Positions 12,201-24,787 of a DNA stretch of 64,000 nucleotides are shown here, in pieces. The position numbers and the translations under genes are program-made. This DNA is from Octopus bimaculoides (Eukaryota). How positions within the stretch are numbered: position 1 is the stretch's first letter; the number at the start of each line of letters is the position of its first letter. Location of the stretch: positions 57,861,686-57,925,685 of the forward strand of contig NC_068982.1 of assembly GCF_001194135.2 (NCBI RefSeq). Direction: 5' to 3'. The notes under the pieces were generated by a model that saw only the letters and a program-made list of their open reading frames with translations, was not told the origin of the DNA and did no database searches.

Positions 12201-13396
12201 AACAGCGATTCTTCTGTACCTCAGTCACATTTCCCAACTATGGAAGTGACAATTATATAGAGGAAAATATCACAGTTGTGATGTTCAGCATACACATTCT
12301 GGTATCTCGGTCATCATATCTATTCATTTCTCTACTAACAGTATGTCCCCACCCAAAAGAGTGTGTGTGTGTATGCATGTGTGCATATATATATATGTGT
12401 GTGTGTATGTCTATCATTATATGTGTGTATAAACACATTTACAGATTTGTACATACAACATACATAAGCATACATACACCCATAAAAAAGTAATAAATTG
12501 TCATTTCCTGTCATTAATATTAATTAAGAAAGAACGTTTAATGACATTTTGATTAGTATAGAAACTTAGTAATGTACTGTAATAAATCTTCAATACCTGC
12601 CATCTAAGCTTCCTCTTCTACTCCTTTTTTCCAGTCTATTCAAATGTCTCCTACCAAGATATGCTTCATGATCTACACTAAAATCAACAATACTCTGTGT
12701 ACTACAAAATGTATGCCTTTCTCTAATAGTCAGAGTCTTCAGATATATCAAAGAGTAACACCATGTGAAGTAATAGTTTGTTTCTTTGTTTTATGACATA
12801 GTTGCAGGAAGAAGAAAAGGTCCTTAATTTTTTAGGCAGAAACTTTAGCATTGATCAGAAAAAGATAGGAAAATCCAGAAACCCAAATCAAAGAGAAGGC
12901 AACCGAGACTGAATGCTTGCAATAGAGTAGATTCAACTGAAGGCAACTGAGGACAGTTTCTGTCAAAGCAATTTCATTCACAAGGCTTCAGTTGACCTTG
13001 GGCTCTGCTTACTTTTACTTAAGCCCTTCACACCCTTTGGAGTAAAGGCCTTCAATGACTTTTCTCCACTGTTCTTGCCCTCAGGCTATCTTTTCTGTGT
13101 TCCAGAGGGAAGGCCCTCCTCTCTCAAGTTTTGAATTGCCATCAATGCTTCTGTAACTGCTTTTTTTCTAGACAGGGATGTTGGCCTTATGTGCACCCAT
13201 TTTATGTCTGGGAAGAGGTGGTCCATATTAGTCTGGCTTCTATCCTTTGTCCTGTCCAGCATGGGAGACCTTATCAGGAGCTTTCAACTCTGCTGGCACA
13301 GCTCTTTGGGTCATTGAGGAACACAAACCACCACATTACAACAAGAACTGAAACTTTTGGTGGACCTAGGGCTAAGGTAGAATGTTATCTAAATAC

Positions 13397-13481
13397 CTTA
13401 AATTAAATGCCGTATTATCTTCTGTAAGTAAAATAAGATGATCACCATTTTCAAAGACAAATGATCTCAGTTTAAAAGGTA
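13397..13481 (-). CDS. Coding exon H (phase 1 to 2): (V)PFKLRSFVFENGDHLILLTEDNTAFNL
   Basis: Acceptor tttttctgttttgccacactgactttattgtag, donor AAG|gtattt, 85 nt; bridges G to F. Confidence 0.7.
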
Positions 13482-14199
13482 CTACAATAAAGTCAGTGTG
13501 GCAAAACAGAAAAAGCTGGTAATAAAAATGCTTGTAATGTTTTGTACAAACCATCAATGAAATGCTAAAAAATTTAATGGGATGAACCAACAGATCATAC
13601 AGTCACATATTTATGCAAATCTGGTTTTACCAAGTGCGTTTTGCCCATATGTAATACACATAATTCTACTTGCCCCAGTCAGCTTCAATGGTAGCTCTAC
13701 TCCCTTTATCAGGTTTGTATGATTGATGGAAGAAAGAGAATCTTGCTATGAAAATATTTGATTTCCTAATTAGAAAATGCTGAAATTTGTAATAAATAAA
13801 CAATGAATACAAATAAAATTTTGTTGATATTTTAATTTCATCATCTCAAAAACTCCCTATCTACTGCTTTGCATTTTGGCAAGACATTGCATCATTCTGC
13901 TAAATATTCTTTTTTAAATTATCTGAAACATTTTTCTTTTTTTCTTTTATATTTTTCCATAGCATTTTTTCTTTAAATAATAAATTCTATAATTTAGGAA
14001 ATAAACACATAAACTCTGAGAAATCCTCATGAAAATATTAAAAAATTCAGTTTCAAAATTTGATTGTAGATTTTTTACTTCACTTGAGTCACTAATATTC
14101 TTGGGAAAGCAAGAATTTTATGACTGTCATTTTCCTCCCCTTAAAATCAATAAAGCCTAATTCTACACTGATGCGGAATACAACATGTAACAAGAAACA

Positions 14200-14450
14200 A
14201 GCCCTGCTCAATGGCCAACTCTCTACAAAGCTAAAGTGCAAACAGCATTGGAGTATTGCTCTTATGTCTGGGACATAGTTACTGCTACTACCCATACAAA
14301 CATCCATGATGGCATTTAAAAGAAGACCATTTGCTTAATTGGTAAAGACTCACTCACCAACACATTAAAGCCATTTGATCACAAGCACACTGTGTTGTAA
14401 TAGTAACACTTCTGTTACTATTACAACTGCCTCTGCTCTTCTGAAATAAC
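14200..14450 (+). mobile_element. Decayed CR1/L2-like LINE RT C-terminal fragment
   Basis: LYKAKVQTALEYCSYVWD from 14221 resembles LYKAQIRP.LEYCS.VW, followed by a ...LIGKDSLTNTLKP-like segment. Confidence 0.6.
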
Positions 14451-15067
14451 AGCCAGCATATCATCTTCATCCAAGCTTGCTTGGCCCACTCACCTTTTCA
14501 TCCTATCATCCCTACCAAGTTTTATTTCCCAAATGGCATTAAGAATAAATAGCCTATTTCCTTAGTATCTACCCAAGACAAATGCTTCAGAAGCACTGGA
14601 CAATTTGTTGAGTTAAGAGGAAACACAACTAGGGGGATGCAAATAAGTATTGATAAAGTTAATTACGGTTTTATTTTCATGTCTACACAATTACAATACT
14701 TTTCATAATTATTTGCAATTTTAGAGACTTAAACAAGCAGAAGTGTTAGTGAATCAAACAAGATACTTTGTAGCATTTCTGCATTTCTGCATTTCTCCAA
14801 TCTCTTCACATTCTGAGTTTAAATGTCACTGAGGTCATTCTTTCAGTGTTGATTAAATAAGTACCAGTTGAGCACTGGGGGTTGATGGAATCAGCCAACA
14901 CCTACCTCTGTAATTACTGGCCTTATGCCAAAATTCGAAATCATAATTATAGTTATATACAAATATGAATCTTCTAATTGAATAAAACATGAAAATAAAA
15001 CTAATTAATTTTGTTAGTACTTAACTGCACCTCCTTAGTTGTGTATTTAAAAAAAAATTTCTCTTAA

Positions 15068-15198
15068 CCCATTACCTCCCATAATTCTGTTAACTGGAAT
15101 TTTGTTTATGAAACTTTGATTTCTAGCATAAAACAGCTTTAGAAACACACTGGAATGATCAAAATAACATTTTAAATAGAAATAAGCGAGATATTGGG
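15068..15198. mobile_element. Possible piggyBac-like MITE (131 bp)
   Basis: ttaa-cccattacctc at the left end and reverse complement cccaatatctc plus tgaa at the right end (9/11). Confidence 0.35.
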
Positions 15199-16906
15199 TG
15201 AAAAATTAGCAAACCTCATTTGAATATCAGAGAAATATACCTAGTAGATATAGCAAAAAGGTTAGATATTTAATTGTGGAAAGTATCCATGGCAAAATTA
15301 GTTAACCTACAACTCCAACAAACAGCACAAAATACTTTCCTAATCATTCCTTTCATAATTAAACTGCCTTGGAATTACCTCCTGGCCCATTATACAAGTA
15401 TCAACCTACAGAAAGTTCACCTGTATCAATCTCAACAGCGTAGGATAGCATGAGGAGTTCAGAAGATTTACCTCTCTCCTACACCACTTTTCAATCCTTC
15501 AATAGACGATAAATAAAACTTATAAAAATGCTTTAATTGAGTCATATAAATGCAGTATTGATTATTGATTGGGAATCACAACAAAGTATAGTTGGTGAGA
15601 AGTAACAACATTTAGTCCTGAGAATAAAACAGGTCCTTTGTTTTGTTTAACAGAAAATACCTTCAAACATACACCACAATCAGTGTGGTAGTAATGAACA
15701 TCTGGACTAGACCATTAAGAGTCATAACTTTTTACAGTTGGTGAGGGAAAACAACGTTTAGCTATAAAAATCAAATAGGGCCTTTGTTTTGAATAACTGA
15801 AAATGCCTTCAAACACACATCACAATTGGACAAAACAATCTGGAACATCCGACTCAAACAACACAACACAACACAACACTGGAAGCATAGAAGTGAAATG
15901 ATGATGATGATGATGATTAAGTTTGTAGATTGTAGTGTCTTTCTGTTAAACTAAATGACCTTAGAATGACTCTGTGAAGCATGACAGTGTAACCATACCA
16001 AATTAGGAAAATAAGGGACACCAGTATGTTTGAAAAAAATATTTGTTCATATGACTCCATATTGTGTTTGGTGATAATGTAACTCCTGACTGATTACAGC
16101 CAGAATGACCAGCAAGACAGGATATGGTCAAATAAACATTTTCAAACAAAATACTAATAATCTATTTGAACACTCTATAATAATAATGATGATAATAATA
16201 ATTTTATTATCATTGTTGTTGTTTTTCTTTTCTTTTTTGTTTTTAAATATTTTTCTACTATGATTTTTGAACAAACTGTTGTACTTAAATATTGTCATCA
16301 AAGACCTTTTCTTTTAGTTTCCAAAGCCACATACTAAGTTGCAAACACCACCACCACTATTACTGCTACAATAACAAATTAAAAAAGAAAAGAAAAGAAG
16401 AAAACAAACACTGCCAAAAGCCATTGTACAACAAGGACAAGAAACAGAAAAATATTTGCTAATCTGGAAAGTCAAACAATTATGTGTGTCACTATTTTTG
16501 GTTGTGCTTTGTTTTTGAGCACAAATAAACTTTTAATAAAACCAATATTGACTCATCGACACAATTAGGGTATCTTATGGCTTTATATTCTGGAGTTTTT
16601 CCTTTCCAGAACGGAAGAGTAAAGAGAGTGGTAGGGAAAGCAAAAGTAAGGGAATGGCATTAGAGAAGAAAAAAAAAATCAGAATTAAACCACTGATTTT
16701 TTTTTTATTGCACTATAAACAAGTGGGTGAAAAAAAAATGTGTCAAATGAAACAAAGTTTGTTTGTTTAGAAGGGAACAAAAAAATCCCCCATCAAAAAT
16801 GCAAGAAACAAATAAAAAAATAAATATAACAAAATACTGAACACAGATCAAGTGTGGCCAATTAAAACAGGAAAGAGCTAAAACTTTAATGGAAGGAATG
16901 AGGAGA

Positions 16907-16943
<37 letters not shown>

Positions 16944-17489
16944 CAACAACCGCAATAATAATAATAATAATGATAATAAAACAGCAAAAAAATTATAAAT
17001 AAATAAATATAAAAAAAAGGAATTTTACAATGATGAGCATTGTTACTCTTGTGACATCAGAAATGGATGTTTGGTGGGGCAGAAAAGTCCTGAACGTATG
17101 TTTCTTATATTATGATTGGAGTGGGCAGTAATATTGGTCTAGAAATTGAGGAGGAGAAGGAGGAGGATTAGAAGCACCAAACAGATGCACATAACTAAAC
17201 TAATATCGAGAACCACCATAACCATTTAGGCAGTACTCAGTAACCTAAATGGAACATCATCATGATCACGATCATGATCATTGTTATCAACAACAACAAT
17301 AGCAGTGGCAGCAGCAACAATAAACAGTGACTTTGAAACAGTCCTAATATGCTACTGACAGAACAGTAAACATCTCTAAAAAATATCAACCATATTTGGC
17401 AATTAGAAAATATTTCTGAGTTCCAATACCTCAGCAATATTGAACTGAAAGTTATTATTTTTTTTTCTTATAATGATTTCTTTTATAAC

Positions 17490-17582
<93 letters not shown>

Positions 17583-17620
17583 TGTTATTGTTATTATTAT
17601 TATTATTATTATTATTGTAA
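17490..17620. repeat. (AAT)n tract followed directly by an (ATT)n tract
   Basis: About 30 AAT units, then attgttattgttattattatt... Confidence 0.9.
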
Positions 17621-17793
17621 AAGAAATCATTATTGTTATTCTAAATATTTCCATCATAATTCTAGAGTTAATGTTTTATTTTGGCTTGTCAAAACATAGG
17701 CCAGCATTGCCTTTTACATTGCCAAGGGTGAGAAAAAACAAGTTTTTACTGTGATATTAAGACAGTATCTTTTGTCTCTGAACCAACTCTTAC

Positions 17794-17802
17794 CCGTTTG
17801 AA
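17794..17802 (-). CDS. Candidate 9-nt microexon TTCAAACGG (adds QTV)
   Basis: Acceptor cttttttcccattgttaccag with no other AG for 99 nt upstream (17805-17903), donor CGG|gtaaga. Frame-neutral between G and H. Confidence 0.5.
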
Positions 17803-19225
17803 CTGGTAACAATGGGAAAAAAGTTCAGAGAAAGCCATAGAAAATGAAAATGAGATTTGGAGGGGGAAAATATAAAGATGAATACGAGATAAATAAGAAT
17901 TCACTTTTGTGCAGTAGATGTGCAGAAGGAAAACATAAATTGACATGGATATAGAACTTGCATGGGTGTAGTGTAGAGAGAGAGGGAGAGAGAGAGAGAG
18001 AGAGCGAAGAAAAAAATGATAAAGACAAACAAGAAAACAAACTTCCAAAAAACATGCAATAATTCCTAATATGAAATTCTAAACAATTATAGTAAATAAT
18101 ATTTTCAACAAATATTAGTACTAGAATTTTCTGTATGCATAAATCTCTCACCCCATGTTATCTCTCATCCATCTTGATTTTATTCGGCTATCTGCCTATT
18201 TATTATTATTATCATTATTATTTGCATCCTAAGTCATCACTTTCTTAGATTAAAACATAGATTAAATAAATAGATATTAAAAAAAAAAAGCAGCAGCAGC
18301 AAAAATCAAAGCTAAAAAAAAAAAAACACTGAAAAAGAAAATCCTCAAAAAAACCATAAAAAACCCATGGAACCTTTCCACTAAAAAAGCCACGAATTCT
18401 AAGCCTACCAGCACGACTCTGGGATCCCCAGTGGTTTTTTTCTAGAGTAGCAATGAATACTAGAGAACTCTTTTGATGCAAGTTTGGAAGAAGGAAACCT
18501 GCAGCTCTAAACATCTTGTTTGCTGCTTTGCTTGACTCAGAAATGCCTCCCATCACCCTTAACCATTACAATAAACAACACACTTTAGATGCCACTAATC
18601 ACACTTGGCACTGCTTGCTTTCTCCCTTATATCAACACAGAATCTCAGCTTGTCAGAGCTAGCACCGATGAACACAAAATCATTGTCGTCTGTTATTTTC
18701 TCAGTATATTGCTCAAATTATTTTGATATATATATATATATATATATATCACCTTCTCTAAATGCGTGTCTTTCCACCCCATACTCTCTCTAACTACACA
18801 TATATGTGTGTGTGTATATATATTTATTCATCTGATTTTATTCTTCTGTGTTGTTGCCACCACTGCCACAGCTCTTACTTTCATTACTACTATCTCCGTC
18901 ACCACTTCCACTGCCACAACCCTCACAACACATTTTATTTATTTATATCATAATTATGTCTTACATTTTTCATATTTTCCATTGAGAAAAAGACAATAAA
19001 AACCAAAGAAACCAAACCAAAGATTAATGTGTCAGGTTGCAAAACAGATGGGGAGAAGGCTGAGGGAATGGATAAGGCACAGTTAGAAGGTGGTGGTCTA
19101 GAGACAGCTAGAGTTTGAACTAGGGCTAGGGCTGGAGCATAAGCTTGGGTAGAGGGAGGTGGGATTGGAGTGGAAACGATTGGGAAAAAAAAAAAAAACC
19201 TGCCTTTGATTGTCCCCTCCCTTAC

Positions 19226-19282
19226 CATATGCTTTGATGTGCTTTGATTTTTCTGGAAATTTCCGCAAAGCAATTACATCAA
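19226..19282 (-). CDS. Coding exon G (phase 1 to 1): (V)DVIALRKFPEKSKHIKAY
   Basis: Acceptor ttaatttttaccag, donor ATG|gtaagg, 57 nt; only one frame is open. Confidence 0.65.
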
Positions 19283-19459
19283 CTGGTAAAAATTAATTTG
19301 TGACAGCTTCTCAAAGTAAAATTTTAAAAAAAGAGAGAGAAAAAAAAAAAGAGTAATAAAAACACTTTCTGATTTTTCTGATAATCACAAAGAAAGGAGA
19401 GACGTTAACATTCTGAATATCACTACATTACAGAAGTAGCATTTAAAGATTCTCTCCAC

Positions 19460-19494
<35 letters not shown>

Positions 19495-19570
19495 GCCAAA
19501 CTATAATTCATATTATTGTTATTCTCTTAACTTTTAATTCTTCTTTACTATCATAAACAGCTGAAGTCAG

Positions 19571-19609
<39 letters not shown>

Positions 19610-20807
19610 GTAGTCAACATCATATTATCATCCTCGTATGCCCCACCCCCATCCCATTTTCTGTTCTCTCTTTTTCGGCAGTCATCAGGCAGGCATGGCA
19701 CATTAGAGATGTAAAGAAATAAACATTTAGTATACAAACCTTTACTCAAATTTAACCTATTTGACAATGGACCATAACAACAAGAACAACACATTATCAT
19801 CATCAACATTCCCTAACCCCTCACAACCATCGATTCACAGAGAGAAATACATATATTTTCTTTCTGTATGACACAGCAAGCAGATAAGTAGGAACCTCTA
19901 TCCTGTTGCTCAGTCTGTTAGAAATAGCAACCAAATCTTCTTCAAATCGCAATCTAACCTTCTTAAAAAATATTTTAAAGGTAATAACAACAATAATGGT
20001 TCTAACAAAAATTAATTGAATCAGTTAAGCACGTAAAAGGTATTCTCTTTTTTTCAACCTGGCGGGGTGAAAGGCAAACTGAAATCAGGAACTCTGAATT
20101 CAGACAGTTGAAATAAAACACGACTGTCAGTCACACCTTGTAAATATCAATAAATATTCATACCATGACAGAACATAGGCATGGTAGCATGTTTAAGAAG
20201 TTTGCTTCCTAATCCTCACTAAAAGAAGCCTGTTGGATGTATGTAAATGTGTGTGTGTACAAGCACCACTGACATACAAGTGTTGTCGTTTGTTTCCAGT
20301 CTGTTGTAAACAACGTCTAGCTTATGGAAAAATATTACCTTGCTTGGATAGGAGAGAGTTGATGATAGGAAGGACAACTGGCTGTAGAAAATCTGCCTCA
20401 GCAAATTCTGTCTGACCCAGGCAAGCATGGAGAAGCAAATGTTATACATACATACATTGATATAGTTTATAGATCCAAAATAGAAAGAAACAAAAAAAAA
20501 AAAACTCCATCAAGTGGAGATACATGGTGTATTTTATAAATATGCCTAATCAAAGAATCATAAAAGCATGAAACTATTAGTAGCTCTTATGGTTGTGTAT
20601 TAAATTGATATATATATATATATACACACACACACGTGTGTACATATACATACATCATGTAGAACTATTAATCCCTACACATTTTCATCTCTACCCATTT
20701 GTTTTTCATTCTCTCTCCATTTTTAACTCTCAATCTTTTCTGTCAAAAAGTATAGACTCAAATTATCAAAGACTTTTCCATTTTTCCCAGGCATCAAATT
20801 AATACAC

Positions 20808-20845
20808 CTGTTTCTTTTCCTTCATCTGTCTTCATCTTTTGTTTT
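20808..20845 (-). CDS. Candidate coding exon E2 (phase 2 to 1): (L)KQKMKTDEGKET
   Basis: Purine-rich 38 nt, acceptor ttcaaatttgcag, weaker donor CAG|gtgtat. It supplies the phase change needed between E and G. Confidence 0.5.
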
Positions 20846-20891
20846 CTGCAAATTTGAACTACACACACACACACACACACACACTCACACA

Positions 20892-21186
20892 CAGTGGCAG
20901 ACTGGGTCTAAAAATATTGGTTGCCAGGAGACTAAGGGGGGGGGCCCACCCGCAACTACAATGCTATCATTTAATTTTTTTTTTGTTAAAAGTATTCTTT
21001 TCAACTGTCTACAAATACAGCCAGGCTGAAATAATTAATGAATTCTTCCAGGAGTGAATAAAAAAATTCTCAAACTTGAGGGAATGGGCCCCTTAGATAC
21101 TAATATGGGCCTTGATATATGAATTCTAATGGCATAGGGGCCCACTTGCCATCAGGCAAGCTGGCAACCTGGCCAATCGGCCACTG
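20892..21186. mobile_element. hAT-like MITE (295 bp)
   Basis: Termini cagtggcagactgg and reverse complement cagtggccgattgg; flanking 8-mers ctcacaca/cacacata match 6 of 8. Confidence 0.6.
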
Positions 21187-21189
21187 CAC

Positions 21190-21548
21190 ACATATCCATC
21201 CATACATTGTCTCTGCCCGCTATTACTGATGGAGTTCTCAGTTAGTGTCCTATCAAAAGCAACCATCATTAGAATTTCTGGTTGGATTCCTAAGCATGAC
21301 CAACCGAGACAATGGATATCATCCAACCTTCTCATTCTAGGTGTACCTCTATGTCTCCTGCTGGCTTGTTTGACTTGAAGAATCTGTCTTGCAAGTCTTC
21401 CTTGTGATATTCTAATAACATATCCACATGGTTCTGGGTTCATTCCCACTGCATGGCACCTTGGGCAAGTGTCTTCTACTATAGCCTCGGGCCGACCAAA
21501 GCCTTGTGAGTGGATTTGGTAGATGGAAACTGAAAGAAGCCCGTCGTA

Positions 21549-21601
<53 letters not shown>

Positions 21602-21990
21602 ATATGTTTGTCCCCCCCAACATCGCTTGACAACCGATGGTGGTGTGTTTGCGTCCCCGTAACTTAGCAGTTCGGCAAAAGAGACTGATAGAATAAGTAC
21701 TAGGCTTACAAAGAATAAGTCCTGGGGTCGATTTGCTCGACTAAAGGCGGTGCTCCAGCATGGCCGCAGTCAAATGACTGAAACAAGTAAAAGAGTAAAC
21801 GAGTAAGAGTATAATAACAGAACTTTGATTGCCCAATGTGGTGAAGCACAGCTTGACCTGGAGAGTAACCCCAATCTCTGAACTATGCACCCTCTCATGT
21901 AATGTTACTCCAGAAACCCTCTGGAGGGATCCCATTTTGACCACCTCTATTCACAATATTCTTTTGGTCATTACCTAACATTTGCGAAAC
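21190..21990 (-). mobile_element. Decayed RTE LINE 3' end interrupted by a SINE
   Basis: KMGSLQRVSGVTLHERVHSSEI...HIGQSKFCYY, then the SINE, then GYVIRISQGRLARQILQVK...RGTPRMRRLDDIH; matches RTE ORF2 C-terminal motifs. Confidence 0.75.
21425..21807 (+). mobile_element. SINE family A (5' truncated) inserted in an RTE LINE
   Basis: Family A sequence; the RTE reading resumes on both sides. Confidence 0.8.
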
Positions 21991-22581
21991 ACCAATGCAT
22001 GCAAGTGAAGTCTAATGGGAAGACCTCTCAGAAAACTTACTACTGCCCAGAATGAGAAACATGTGGAATTTTGGGTGGCACAATTAATCCTGTGCACTTT
22101 AGTTTACCTACCTGTCACAAATAAATAACAAGTTTCTTTTTGCTTTAACCTGAGATTGATGGTTGTTCTGTCATAGAAAAGATTTATCTTTTATGAACCC
22201 CACATCAAGAAGCCAGAGCTAAAAACCAGACCATAAGACACATAGGTCTTTTTGTAGACATATGTATCTGTTTCATTGCTATCAATGGTGGAGATTACAA
22301 TGTTTAGAAACAATTAAAATATATATATATTTTTTTTAAATCAGTCAAAATAAAAATAAGTTGAACTCTAAGACTATTGAAGATTTTTTAAAATATATAA
22401 AAATAGAAAACCATAAAATGCAAATAAATATTTCACAAGAAAACTAGAAGTATATAGAATTTAAAAAAAAAATTTGTAGTGCTCACTGGAAACAAACAGT
22501 GCAATAATAACAATAATAACAATAATAACAACAACAACAACAATAATAATAATAATAATAATGATAATAATAATAATAATA

Positions 22582-22814
22582 GGAGAATGGTTTCAAATTT
22601 TAGCACAAGGCCAGTAGGTTTATAGAAGGGGCTAAGTCGATGCCTCCAGTGCTCAACTGGTACTTATTTTATTGATCCCAAGAGGATAATAGCCAAAGTC
22701 AACCCGAGTGGAATTTGAACTCAGAACGTAAAGACAGATGAACTGCCATAAGCATTTTGCACTGTGGGCTAACAATTCTAGCAGTTCACCATCTTAATAA
22801 TAATGATGATGATG

Positions 22815-22871
<57 letters not shown>

Positions 22872-23085
22872 TCTACTATTGGCTCAAGACCTGAAATTTG
22901 GGGAAAAGGGATAGTCGATTACATCGACCCCAGTACTCAACTGGTACTTATTTTATCAACCCTGAAAGGATGAAAGGCAAAGTCGACCTCGGTGGAATTT
23001 GAACTTGGGATATAAGGACAGACAAAATGCTGCTAAGCATGTTGCCCAGCACATTAACAATTCTGCCAGCTTGCTACCTTAATAA
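22582..23085 (-). mobile_element. Two family B SINEs in tandem separated by (AAT)n
   Basis: About 22582-22795 and 22868-23080 both carry the ggtacttattt...aaagtc.ac core and a tRNA-like head on the minus strand. Confidence 0.7.
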
Positions 23086-24712
23086 TAATAATAATGAGGA
23101 TGCATAAACTGCTCAGTACACAAACAGTAAGCACTAAACATGGTGGATAAAAAAATTTATAATATGAGTGGTAAACGTGTAATAGCTTGGTGGTTCCAAT
23201 TGTGCCATTGAATTACAGTGTAAGTCATCAAGTATTAGACAGATGCTTGTACACTTAATGTAGACCTCAGGCAGAGTCTGCTAACAAGACTTAATTTTTG
23301 AGTCACTGGTACAATTCAACTGACAATTTTCATATAGTTTCCTTCATTCCAATTTCACTTCCAAAGCTTATGTTGACCCAAGGCGTTAGTAGAAGATATT
23401 TGACAAAGGTACCATGCAGTGGGATCAAACACACAAACTCATGTTTAAAGTAGGGGAATAGCAGAATCATGAGAGCGTTGAGCAAGACACCTTATGGTAT
23501 TTCTTTCAGCTCTTAACATTCTGAGTTCAAATCCTGCTAAGGTGAAATTTGCTGTTTGTCCATTTGAGGGTAGGTAAAATATAGTACCAGTCAAGAACTG
23601 GAATTGAAGTAATCAATTAACCCCTTACTCTTAAAAAATGGCCAGACTTGTGCAAAAAATAGAAACATGTTAGGAAGAAAATGTCTTATGCATTTGGTCA
23701 TGCTTGTCCCTCTGAATGTGCAAATTCATAAGCATACATACATATACTGGCACTACATCAGTTATGATGACAAGGGTTCAGTTGATCTGATCAACAGAAC
23801 AGCCTTCTCGTGAAATTAATGTGCAAGTGGCTGAGCACTCCACAGACACATGTAACCTTAATGTGGTTCTCAGGGAGATTCAGCATGACAGAATGTGACA
23901 AGGCTGTCCCATTGAATAACAGGTACTACTCATTTTTGCCAGCTGAGTGAACTGGGGCAATGTAAAATAAAGTGTCTTGCTCAAAGACACTATGTGCCAC
24001 CAGTAATTGAACTCACGACCTTATGATTGCAAACTGATTATCCTAACCACTAAGCCATGCCCCTTCACACAGACACACATATAGTAATGTGTAAATGCTA
24101 CCAACTCTTTCAAATACAGAAATATGCACTTACATACAGATAAACATCTGTATATATCATTATGCACATAGAAGAGAACATATGTATGCAAATACATGGT
24201 TACTAGAAATGCACTTGTATGAACATACAGGTAGTAGGATATATGCATGTATAATGAAATATATAAATGCATGCAAACACAGAAATATGAGGGTGATCAC
24301 ACTCATGCACACACATATACATATGAGTATAAAGATATGCAATACTTACGAAGTTATATGATGTCGAAGGTTGACTGAATCAATGCGGTGTTTACTAATA
24401 ATCTCATTCAGTTTTGTGAATTCAGTTTTAAGGCTTCTGAAATTAAATCATAAACCCACAGTTAAATACAGATATATATATATAAATAAATTTAGTCTTC
24501 AGAACTGACATGCATTAAGAACAAAATAGTCTGTCTGGAGACAACAGGACAGCTTTAGATATGCAATTCTGCATTTGTAGGTGTTATCAGCACAGTAGAG
24601 AACATTAAAAGCTCAGGATAATTTGCAGAATTAAAATGAATATGAGCTAAGAGAAATAGCTCAGAGTTACCACTGGTATGGATTTGAACAACACAAATAA
24701 ATAAAGCCATAC

Positions 24713-24787
24713 AAAAGAAATTCTTGATTTATTGAAGTTATTTCCAATCCTGGAGAAGGCAAAATAACCACTTTGTAGCAATTGGAT
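24713..24787 (-). CDS. Coding exon E (phase 2 to 2): (K)SNCYKVVILPSPGLEITSINQEFL
   Basis: Acceptor ccccttctcatttcagtcag (second AG), donor TTT|gtatgg, 75 nt. Use of the first AG would give a different open frame. Confidence 0.6.

Noticed and set aside
17431-17445. Second microexon TTCAATATTGCTGAG
   Set aside because: The acceptor tract is A-rich, and it contains a stop in the phase required between G and H.
18600-18715. Minus-strand frame EQYTEKITDDNDFVFIGASSDKLRFCVDIREKASSAKCD
   Set aside because: Protein-like, but bounded by stops with no pyrimidine-rich acceptor or donor.
13397-19282. Naming the gene from short matches (TRAPPC10-like VPF...F.LSDS, DNAAF9-like IAL.FP.KSK, C9orf72-like SCHEG, H-NOX-like RRKGL.D)
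   Set aside because: Each match is a few residues, and the flanking sequence and spacing disagree; no symbol assigned.
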